This document shows, piece after piece, positions 45,420 through 53,314 of a stretch of 64,000 nt of DNA. A program made the position numbers and the translations under genes. The stretch's first letter is position 1, and every line of letters begins with the position of its first letter. Under the pieces are notes generated by a model that ran no database searches, was not told the origin of the DNA, and saw only the letters and a program-made list of their open reading frames with translations. Source of the DNA: a bacterium (GTDB lineage: Bacteria; Electryoneota; Electryoneia; Electryoneales; Electryoneaceae). Location of the stretch: the NCBI GenBank assembly GCA_963675295.2, contig CAXXKJ010000002.1:2848001-2912000 (forward strand), written 5' to 3'.

Positions 45420-46124
45420 CTACCGGCCGAGTGAGCGGATGATTTCCGCACGTTTCGGTCCGACCACTCTCACTTTCAGCAACGAGCCCAGCTCCTGCTG
45501 CTCGACCCGGATCGTTTCTCCAGTCCGGCCGTCTTGCAGCGCGATTCCTTCCGTCTCCAACATCACCGCGCCCCGTTGCAGCAGCAGGTTGACCTGGTCA
45601 CCCCGGCAAACTTCCGGCTCTTCTTCGACATCCGGCCAGGTCAACACCTCGCCGGGGTTCATTGACCGTCTTGCCCGTAAGCGTGCATCGGTGAACGCGT
45701 CGGGAGATTCGGGCCAGGGGTGGCGAATCTCCGTGACTTCGCGGCGTTCCCAGCGGAGCGCATCAGCGGTGATCACATCACCACGGCTGAGCTGGCGATC
45801 CACGACCGGTGTCCACGCGAACGGCATCACCCGGATGCGGAACGGAACTCGCCGCAAGCGGGTATCGCCGTCCATCACGTTCACGTACAGCACCGTCTTC
45901 CCGCGCGGCAGCTCCGGGCCGTCCAGCGTCCAGTGGTCGCCAGCGTCCATCAGCTTCGCGTCGGGCATCGACAACTCGATCCAATCCACAGGGCAGTCCG
46001 TCCACTCGGCGGCAAGGTACCCGTCGATGGCGGCGCGCAGATCGGTGGCAACCTGTTCGCCGGCGACACTTACGCCGGCGAACAGCAGCACGATCAGGGC
46101 GATGCTGTGGATGGTCCGAATCAT
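45420..46124 (-). CDS. flgA: P-ring chaperone FlgA
   Basis: Signal peptide, SAF-like region, V.RGDQV and GIALQDG..GE.IRV motifs. Confidence 0.85.
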   Translation of the reverse strand: MIRTIHSIALIVLLFAGVSVAGEQVATDLRAAIDGYLAAEWTDCPVDWIELSMPDAKLMDAGDHWTLDGPELPRGKTVLYVNVMDGDTRLRRVPFRIRVMPFAWTPVVDRQLSRGDVITADALRWERREVTEIRHPWPESPDAFTDARLRARRSMNPGEVLTWPDVEEEPEVCRGDQVNLLLQRGAVMLETEGIALQDGRTGETIRVEQQELGSLLKVRVVGPKRAEIIRSLGR

Positions 46125-46916
46125 TTAGCCACGCTTCAGGTTGTTGGCTTCCTGCATCATGCTGTCGGCGGTGCGGATCGCACGGGACGACAGTTCGTAC
46201 GCGCGCTGAGCGACGATCATGTCGACCATTTCCTCAACCACCGCGACATTCGACGACTCGAGGTAACCCTGATTGATCTCGCCGAAACCTTCCTGGCCGG
46301 GATTGGCGAGAATCGGCACGCCGGACGCTTCCGTTTCCTGGAACAGGTTCTGTCCCAACGCACGCAGGCCGGAGGGATTGGTAAACCGTGCCAGCTCGAT
46401 CTGACCGACTTCGGTCGACTCGGTGTCGCCATACAGCGTCGCGAAGACGTAGCCTTCACGGTCGATGGTGACATCAACGGTGTCTTCCGGGATGATGATT
46501 TCCGGGTCCAGCAGGTAGCCGTCACCGTTGACCACGCGTCCGTCCGGACTGACGCTGAAATTGCCGTTGCGGGTGTAGGCGCTGGATCCATCAGGGCGGA
46601 TGATCTGGAAGAATCCCTCGCCTTCGATGGAGAGGTCCAGCTGGTTGCCGGTCTGGGACGGGCTGCCCTGGCTGAAGTTCTTCTCGATTGCGACCGGCTT
46701 GACACCGTGACCGATCTGCAATTCAGCAGGAACCGTGGTCCCTAGTCCACGCACCGAGTGTGTCGCCTGAATCGTCTGGTAGATCAGATCCTGGAATTCG
46801 ACTTTCGATTTCTTGTACCCGGTGGTGTTGACGTTCGCCAGGTTGTTGGAAATCGTGTCGATCTGCAGCTGTTGTGCGTACATGCCACTGGCGGCTGTAC
46901 GCAGGGCGCGCATCAT
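46125..46916 (-). CDS. flgG: Distal rod protein FlgG
   Basis: NNLANVNTTGYK, FQDLIYQ, YTRNG.F and LESSNV..VEEMV.MI.AQRAYE motifs. Confidence 0.97.
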   Translation of the reverse strand: MMRALRTAASGMYAQQLQIDTISNNLANVNTTGYKKSKVEFQDLIYQTIQATHSVRGLGTTVPAELQIGHGVKPVAIEKNFSQGSPSQTGNQLDLSIEGEGFFQIIRPDGSSAYTRNGNFSVSPDGRVVNGDGYLLDPEIIIPEDTVDVTIDREGYVFATLYGDTESTEVGQIELARFTNPSGLRALGQNLFQETEASGVPILANPGQEGFGEINQGYLESSNVAVVEEMVDMIVAQRAYELSSRAIRTADSMMQEANNLKRG

Positions 46917-46955
46917 ATGGTTTCTCCTCCCCGTTCGGGGCTAGTTCGCTTTGTT

Positions 46956-47060
46956 CGGTACTTGATACTCAGTATTCAGTAGCCAGTACTCTGTGGTCAG
47001 TGCTCAGTGCTCAGTGGTCCGTTGTCGACTCACCACTCATCACTCAGCGCTCACCACTCT
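46956..47060. repeat. Paired heptamer arrays CAGTNNT x10 and CACTCAN x5
   Basis: cggtact tgatact cagtatt cagtagc cagtact ctgtggt cagtgct cagtgct cagtggt ccgttgt / gactcac cactcat cactcag cgctcac cactct. Confidence 0.85.
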
Positions 47061-47062
47061 TT

Positions 47063-47800
47063 CTAGAACCTCGGCACCCGGTCGATGAGCCGGCCGAGCG
47101 TGCTATCCTGTGACAGCATCGCGCGTTGCGAGGTGTCGTAGTTGCGGTTCAGGGCGATCATTTCGACCATTTCCTGCACGACGTTGACGTTAGACGCTTC
47201 CACATGTTCCTGATGCACCGTGGTCGTCTCAACTGTATTCAGGTTATCGTCGTTGTCCTTACGGTACAGGTTGTCGCCAACCTTGGTGATCGTATCCGGG
47301 TTGTCGACATCGGCGATCATGAACTTGGTCGTCACCTGTCCGTCCACATGAATCACGCCGGTGTCATCGGTGAAAAAGAGACCATCCGGGATACGTACAG
47401 GGGTCATGCTTTCGTCAAGGACCTTGTACCCGTTGGAGGCGACCAGTTCGCGATTATCGTTGATGTGGAACCGGCCGTCGCGAGTGAGGAACGTCTGGCC
47501 TTCGTCATCCTGCACGACGAAGAAGCCGCGTCCCTTGAGTGCGAAATCGGTCTTGCGTCCGGTCGGATTGATCGCGCCCTGTTCCCAGTCGGTGTAGAGG
47601 CCTTCGTTCAGGCGTTCCACCTGCTTTGCCTGGCCGTCGATGCCGGGCTGGGTCAGCTCGTTGTTCAACGTGAAACTGAAAAAGCGGCGGTCAGCCTTGA
47701 ACGACGTGGTCGACGCGTTCGCGAGGTTGTTCGAGATGTTGGTCAGCTTGTGATAGCGGGGCAACATCCCGGCAGCACTGTGGTAGATCCCTCGAATCAT
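47063..47800 (-). CDS. flgF: Proximal rod protein FlgF
   Basis: NNLANASTTSFK, TRDGRF and EASNVNVVQEMVEMI motifs; precedes flgG. Confidence 0.9.
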   Translation of the reverse strand: MIRGIYHSAAGMLPRYHKLTNISNNLANASTTSFKADRRFFSFTLNNELTQPGIDGQAKQVERLNEGLYTDWEQGAINPTGRKTDFALKGRGFFVVQDDEGQTFLTRDGRFHINDNRELVASNGYKVLDESMTPVRIPDGLFFTDDTGVIHVDGQVTTKFMIADVDNPDTITKVGDNLYRKDNDDNLNTVETTTVHQEHVEASNVNVVQEMVEMIALNRNYDTSQRAMLSQDSTLGRLIDRVPRF

Positions 47801-47843
47801 GGTCGGTCCCTGAGTTGATCGCAGAGCCTTTCACGGAGGGATT

Positions 47844-47860
47844 GGCAAATGGTGTGCCGA
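47844..47860 (-). promoter_or_regulatory. sigma54 (-24/-12) promoter of the flgF operon
   Basis: TCGGCACACCATTTGCC: GG-N10-GC with CAC and TTTGC. Confidence 0.7.
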
Positions 47861-48016
47861 ATGAGTAACGAGGGCCTAACAGGTAGTATGGAAAGAGGTT
47901 ACAGCGTTGTTACAACAAACTGGAAACAATTCCGGGCCGAGCATGCTTGCCTGATCGCACGGAAGAAAGTGCCGTACTGCTGAAGGAGTTCCGGGTACAA
48001 GGTGGTTGGGGATGGA

Positions 48017-49486
48017 TTACGGTTCCGCGGTGACGCCTTCCATTTGCAGCGCCATGCGGATTTCGTCCTGGCTCTTGCCGGTAATCTCGGCGATCTCTCG
48101 CACCGAATTACCGTTGTTGTGCATGTCAACCACCATCTTGCGGGTTTCGGCGGAAACGTTCATTTCACGGGGTTTCGGCCTTGTGCCATTCGGCTTCTCA
48201 CCGGCCAGTTCAGCTTCCAGCGAACCGGTGGCGTCTTCGTCCTCATCGTTCTCGTCGCCCCAGAATACCGCATCTTCACGCGGATCGACTGGTGATTCCT
48301 TCTTGTCCTTTTTCCGGTTGCGATGGAGCAGCAGACCACCCGCGATGCCGCCGGTGACGAACAGTGCGATAACGATGATGATCAGCACACGTGTATCGAA
48401 GAATTCCATCGGTGTACCATTGCCATCGAACGTGATGCCGGAGGATTCACCTCGTTGCTGCACGTCCGATGCGTTGCGGACAAATTGCCGTTCACTGCTG
48501 CCCGCGCCTTCACCCTGCCCTTGAGCCAGCGGCGGGACGCTGGCGTCATCGGACCGCAGCACCATCTCCCACATGTCCTCTGCCTTTTCCTGCTCACCCC
48601 GGCGCTGATGCCACAGGGCGATGCTGGTTGCGGCGGCGGACATGGTCTGACGGTATTCCAGCGCTTTCTCGTACTCACGTTTCGCGCCTGGATCATCACC
48701 TTCTTCTTCCTTGATGTTGCCCATCAACAGGCGGCCCCACGGATACGAGTCGGAATTAGCGGGGATCTGCTCGATGGTTTCCTTCGCTGCCTCATTCCGT
48801 CCCTGCAGCTTGTGCAACTGGGCGAGCATCAACAGGTCGGCGTCGCTGAGTTGATCCTCAACTTGCACGGGCTCGGGTTCAGAATCGCGTTCCGTTTCTG
48901 TCTGTTCGACAGGAGGAGGCGGTTGCGTTCGGGTCTGGGGTTGGGTAGCGGTTCGACGTTCCGCTTGCACCGGTTGCGGTGGTTCGCCGGTGGGACGCAG
49001 CATCAGCAACCACATTCCGGCGCCGGCGCGACGGAGCGACGCCTTCGCCGGTTTGTTGCAGGACAGCGAAAGGGTGTTGTTGTCGACGTCAATACCGGTC
49101 AGGAGTTGCGAAGCGGGAACGACGGCATCGTTGAAAAACGACGAGGTGCCCTGCAGCTGAATGCTTTGTCCGGAAGCAGTGGTGATCCGCAGCGAGAGGT
49201 CCTGATCAAAGGTCAGGGTGAGCAGTTCGCCGTCGTCCATTGCGGTACTTCTCACCTGCAACAACGACACCGCCTGGGCAGCACCGCTCCAACCTGCCAT
49301 CAGGACACACGCCAGCAGCACCCGCAGCAATACGGGTCTGACACGGATCATCGTCATGTGTGTTGGGTGGACCATGCGACCTTGCGCAACAGGTTCCGGT
49401 AACGTGTCGCCGCTACCCTGCCAATATAGAACTATTAGAAGTACCTGCAGTAGAATTCCGGGTTCATGGAGAGCGGATGGGTTCAC
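48017..49486 (-). CDS. Hypothetical membrane-anchored protein (signal peptide, AMIN-like beta domain, P/Q/T linker, TPR, TM, C-terminal HTH)
   Basis: LTLTFD beta motif, TPR-like helices, TM VLIIIVIALFVTGGIAGGLLL and GNSVREIAEITGKSQDEIRMAL. True start may be 49357. Confidence 0.65.
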   Translation of the reverse strand: MNPSALHEPGILLQVLLIVLYWQGSGDTLPEPVAQGRMVHPTHMTMIRVRPVLLRVLLACVLMAGWSGAAQAVSLLQVRSTAMDDGELLTLTFDQDLSLRITTASGQSIQLQGTSSFFNDAVVPASQLLTGIDVDNNTLSLSCNKPAKASLRRAGAGMWLLMLRPTGEPPQPVQAERRTATQPQTRTQPPPPVEQTETERDSEPEPVQVEDQLSDADLLMLAQLHKLQGRNEAAKETIEQIPANSDSYPWGRLLMGNIKEEEGDDPGAKREYEKALEYRQTMSAAATSIALWHQRRGEQEKAEDMWEMVLRSDDASVPPLAQGQGEGAGSSERQFVRNASDVQQRGESSGITFDGNGTPMEFFDTRVLIIIVIALFVTGGIAGGLLLHRNRKKDKKESPVDPREDAVFWGDENDEDEDATGSLEAELAGEKPNGTRPKPREMNVSAETRKMVVDMHNNGNSVREIAEITGKSQDEIRMALQMEGVTAEP

Positions 49487-49836
49487 CCGCGCACGTCCAG
49501 CTTATCCCCTTTGCCCCTGTCATCTTCGGCGGTCCGACGTCGCAGATCCTGCTGGTCACCGTCCTCTTCCGTCTCGGGCTTTTCCTCGTCATGTTGCTGC
49601 GAGTCTTTGAACTTCCGCCGTTTTTCCCGATGAGCGTCCTTGCGTGTGCGCTTCAACGGGTGGCGCTCATCAGTGACCTCGATTTCCTCGCGTGCCCGGC
49701 GCTGCTGCTCCTCCGCAATTATCTGCTGGCGGATGTGTTTCTCACGCTCCACGCCGTCGTGCAGCCGGTCAGCTTCGCGCTGAGCCCAGAGGGTCTTCTG
49801 GTAGACGTTGCGTTCATCGATGGGACGCGGTGGCAT
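49483..49836 (-). CDS. Charged hypothetical protein ending GDKLDVRG
   Basis: In the operon after fliA. The C-terminal GxxLDxx motif is typical of small motility-associated proteins. Confidence 0.6.
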   Translation of the reverse strand: MPPRPIDERNVYQKTLWAQREADRLHDGVEREKHIRQQIIAEEQQRRAREEIEVTDERHPLKRTRKDAHREKRRKFKDSQQHDEEKPETEEDGDQQDLRRRTAEDDRGKGDKLDVRG

Positions 49837-49851
49837 CAGGGTACCGGGCGG

Positions 49852-50637
49852 CTAACCGCCCGCCTCCAGTTTCGCCCGCAGCTTGCCCTTGAGTGTCAGC
49901 ATCACCTTGCTGTGGATCTGAGAAACGCGCGACTCGCTGATGTCGAGTACTTCGCCGACTTCCCGCAGCGTCAGCTCTTCGAAGTAGTACAACGCGATGA
50001 CCAGGCGCTCCTGCTGTTTCAGCCCCTGGATCATCTTCTTCGCAACGGCTTTCGCTTCGTTCCAGTTGATGACGTCATGCGGGTCCTCGATATCCTCGTC
50101 GCTGATCATCTCCGACAGGCTGCTCATCTCCCCTTCCGGTCCCGGGATCGGCTGATCCAGGGAGAGGATCGACGCCACTTTCACCTCATCCAGCATCGAA
50201 TAGTAATCATCCAGCGACAGCCCCAGCTCTTCCGCGACTTGATCGTCGGAGGGGACTTCGCCCAGCGATCCTTCCAGCTTGACCAGCGCGTTTTCCAGTT
50301 GCCGTGTTTTGGAGCGGATCGAGCGAGGCATCCAGTCGTAGTCGCGCAGGGTGTCGAGGATTGCGCCACGGATTCGGTTACCGGCGTAGGTTTCGAATCG
50401 GAATCCGCGTTCCGGTTCGAAATTCTCGACAGCGGAGATGAGTCCGATGATACCGGCGTTGGTCAGTTCATCAACTTGCACCGAACGCGGCAGGCCGATC
50501 TTCATCCGTCCGGCGGTTTGTTCGACGACAGTCAGGTAGCGCAGGACGAGTTCGTCCTTGATCTCCTGTGACCGTTCGCGGACCCAGAGTTGCCAGATCT
50601 CGTCGTCGGACAGTTTTGCCAGTGGCGCGGGGGTCAT
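49852..50637 (-). CDS. fliA: Flagellar sigma factor FliA (sigma28)
   Basis: FETYA..RIRGAILD.LR..DW.PRS and LTLREVGEVLDISESRVSQIH motifs. Confidence 0.97.
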   Translation of the reverse strand: MTPAPLAKLSDDEIWQLWVRERSQEIKDELVLRYLTVVEQTAGRMKIGLPRSVQVDELTNAGIIGLISAVENFEPERGFRFETYAGNRIRGAILDTLRDYDWMPRSIRSKTRQLENALVKLEGSLGEVPSDDQVAEELGLSLDDYYSMLDEVKVASILSLDQPIPGPEGEMSSLSEMISDEDIEDPHDVINWNEAKAVAKKMIQGLKQQERLVIALYYFEELTLREVGEVLDISESRVSQIHSKVMLTLKGKLRAKLEAGG

Positions 50638-50930
50638 TCAGCTGACCCTTCCGCACGGGCCGCACGTGGGAGATCGTCTTCATCATCGTCATAGCCGAGC
50701 TCATCCGCGAGCTGGTTCAAATCTTCCAGCCGTTGGGTTTCGAACTCGTGGATGACCTTGTAGATGATCGTGGTCAGCAAAGTGTTGAGGATGGTGAAGA
50801 CGAGATAGGCGGCGACACCCCGGAACAGCGAGCTGAGAATGTCGGTGCCGATGAACAAATTGAAGGCGATGAGAGAGAGCGCAAGGATGACCCCGATGTA
50901 CTTACTGATATCGCGCCAACTGCTGCTCAT
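50634..50930 (-). CDS. Two-TM small protein, FlgV-like by synteny
   Basis: Two hydrophobic helices plus an acidic tail; ATGA-coupled between flhG and fliA. Confidence 0.6.
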   Translation of the reverse strand: MSSSWRDISKYIGVILALSLIAFNLFIGTDILSSLFRGVAAYLVFTILNTLLTTIIYKVIHEFETQRLEDLNQLADELGYDDDEDDLPRAARAEGSAE

Positions 50931-51799
50931 TCATCCTCCCTCCGTGCGAGAACCTGGAACAGGTAGTTCGAGGTGCTGGTCTGTTTAAAGGGAGTACGAA
51001 GCAATTTGCGCGCCATCATGGTCAACGCGGAGCTTGCCGCGCTGCGCGGGAACAGCAATAGGAACGGTTCCCGTTCATCCACGGCTTTCGGGACATTGGG
51101 ATCCATCGGGATGTGACCGAGCATGGAGAGTTCACGCTGCAGAAATTGCCGTGTTGCCAGCTGCAGGTTCTCGAAGGTGATCAACGCATCCTTCTGTTTC
51201 GCGGCGAGGTTGATGATGACGTGCATCGTCTGTGTCGAATTCAGGTGCGCCGCGACCTTGACCATCGCGTACGCGTCGGTGATCGCGGTCGGTTCGGAAT
51301 TTGTCACCAGGATTGCTTCGTCCGATCCAGCCACAAGCTGCACCACATTATCCGATAAACCGGCGCCGGTGTCGATCAGCAGGACGTCGTATTCCTTTTC
51401 CAGCTCGTCGAAGGCGTTCATCAAACGTTGGCGGTAGACATGATCCTGGTCTACCATCTCCACCATGCCGCTGGATCCGGGCAGGATGGTGATGCCTTCC
51501 GGTCCGGGCACGAGCACGTCGCTGAGGAACGCTCCGCCGAAAATGGCGTCCGCGAGGGTATGCTGAACGCGGAGGCCCAGCAGGATGTCGATATTTGCGA
51601 GGTTGGTGTCGGCGTCCACCAGCAGCACCTTCTTCCCCAGCTTGCCGAGCGCAATGGCGAGGTTCAGGCTGACGTTGGACTTGCCAACGCCTCCCTTGCC
51701 ACTGGTAACCGCAATTCGCCGGGCGCGCGGGATTTCGTCGCGATCATGGTCGCGCCGTGCCAGGTTTCTGCTTCTCAGGCTGGATGCCTGATCGTTCAC
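50927..51799 (-). CDS. flhG: MinD-like ATPase FlhG/FleN
   Basis: DQASSLR N-terminus; SGKGGVGKS, IDTGAG and EPTAITDAYA motifs. Confidence 0.95.
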   Translation of the reverse strand: MNDQASSLRSRNLARRDHDRDEIPRARRIAVTSGKGGVGKSNVSLNLAIALGKLGKKVLLVDADTNLANIDILLGLRVQHTLADAIFGGAFLSDVLVPGPEGITILPGSSGMVEMVDQDHVYRQRLMNAFDELEKEYDVLLIDTGAGLSDNVVQLVAGSDEAILVTNSEPTAITDAYAMVKVAAHLNSTQTMHVIINLAAKQKDALITFENLQLATRQFLQRELSMLGHIPMDPNVPKAVDEREPFLLLFPRSAASSALTMMARKLLRTPFKQTSTSNYLFQVLARREDE

Positions 51800-51860
51800 A
51801 CAACCTCCTGAAATCGGTTACCGTTCCGGTTTCGGGAACGGTCAATTCTCGCTCATTGTC

Positions 51861-53237
51861 TCATTGTGCGGACATTTGAAATGCCTGCTCACGCAGATGC
51901 AAGAAGTATTCCCGTCGCACGACCATCGCCGCCAACAAGAAGGGATCGGCCTGGAGAATATCGTCCGGCACAGACTGTCCCGTTGTCAGGTACATCCACG
52001 GCGCGTTATCTGCGATCAGGCACATGTCGATCAGATGTCCAGCTGAACTGACCTCGTCCAGCTTGGTGATGATCACGTCGGAAAAACGCAGCTTGCGGTA
52101 ATTGGCGATCACCTCGCGCTGGTCTTCCAATCGCATGTTCGCGGACAGGGTTAGGATCGTACGCGCCGGCCGGGCGTGTTCAATAAACTCTGTCAGTTCC
52201 GCAAGCGCTTCTTCGTCGTTCTGGCTGCGCCCAGCGGTGTCCAGCAACAGGACATCGTAGTCGCGGTAGCGCTCGATCGCAGCCGGGAGTTCCTCTGCCC
52301 GGTAAACGACTTCCAGCGGCAGTCCGGCAATGCCAGCGAAGGTGCGCAACTGCTCGACCGCGGCAACGCGATAGGTATCCGTCGAAATCAGCGCCACTTT
52401 CCGTCGGCCGAGTACGTCAAAGTTGGTCGCCATTTTCGCGAGCGTGGTCGTCTTCCCCACTCCGGTCGGCCCGACCACGGCAATAAGCTGCGGTCCCGCA
52501 GTGCCAGTGAGCACATTATCCAGCCGGCTCGTCTTGAATTTGCTCGCGATCAGTTCATGCAGGCGGGTTTCCAGCCCTTCCAGATCCTCAAGCTGCTTCG
52601 GGTCAAGCTGCTGTGACAGGGGGTCGACAATCGAAGCTGTCGTTTCCAGGCTGCAGCCGTTCTTGCGCAACGCTTCGCGGAACATGTCGAGGCCGTCATC
52701 GGCCTTGCCGATATCCTGACGGGCCAGTTTTTCCGCGAGATCGCGAATCGAACCCTTCAGCGTCTCGATCTCGCTGCGCAGATCCTTGACCGTCTCGCCG
52801 TCTTCCGCCGATTCCGATCCCCACTGGCTGATGCTGATGCCCTGTGACCGCTTCGGAGCGCCATCGGGTTTACGCGGGCTGATCGGGATAGTGCGGACAT
52901 TGGACATCTCATCCGCGTCCTTCGACTTGCCCGTCTGCTGCGCGTATTCGCGAATCCCCAGCAACGCCGGCGGCGGTGCGAGGGTTTCGTGCTGGATGCG
53001 CTCCCGGCGACGTTTTGGTTCGGGCTTGGAACTGGCTGGTTTGCTGCTGGGTTTAGGCATCGGGTGACGGTCCGGCGTGGCAGCCGTGACTTCCACCTGA
53101 TGCTTGCCGCTAAGACCGAGCAGACCACCCTTATCCAGTTTGCGTGACTGGAGAATGACGGCGTCCTCTCCCAGGTCAGCCTTCACCTGGGCGAGCGCTT
53201 CGTTCATGGTGGCTGCGACGTATTTCTTGATCAGCAT
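51861..53237 (-). CDS. flhF: SRP-type GTPase FlhF
   Basis: LGEDAVIL, GPTGVGKTTT, DTYRVAAVEQL, DTAGRS, TKLDE and GQSVPDD motifs. Confidence 0.96.
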   Translation of the reverse strand: MLIKKYVAATMNEALAQVKADLGEDAVILQSRKLDKGGLLGLSGKHQVEVTAATPDRHPMPKPSSKPASSKPEPKRRRERIQHETLAPPPALLGIREYAQQTGKSKDADEMSNVRTIPISPRKPDGAPKRSQGISISQWGSESAEDGETVKDLRSEIETLKGSIRDLAEKLARQDIGKADDGLDMFREALRKNGCSLETTASIVDPLSQQLDPKQLEDLEGLETRLHELIASKFKTSRLDNVLTGTAGPQLIAVVGPTGVGKTTTLAKMATNFDVLGRRKVALISTDTYRVAAVEQLRTFAGIAGLPLEVVYRAEELPAAIERYRDYDVLLLDTAGRSQNDEEALAELTEFIEHARPARTILTLSANMRLEDQREVIANYRKLRFSDVIITKLDEVSSAGHLIDMCLIADNAPWMYLTTGQSVPDDILQADPFLLAAMVVRREYFLHLREQAFQMSAQ

Positions 53238-53314
53238 GTACGCTGTCCGCTACCCAGCAACTGCCGTTATGTTGTTATCTCGTGTACCGCGCCGGTTGGG
53301 ATTGCTGGAATCGG

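Noticed and set aside
49408-49424. Possible sigma54 site TTGGCAG-GGTA-GCGGC before the 489-aa protein
   Set aside because: GG-N10-GC spacing is present but the -12 element lacks TTGC; too weak to call.
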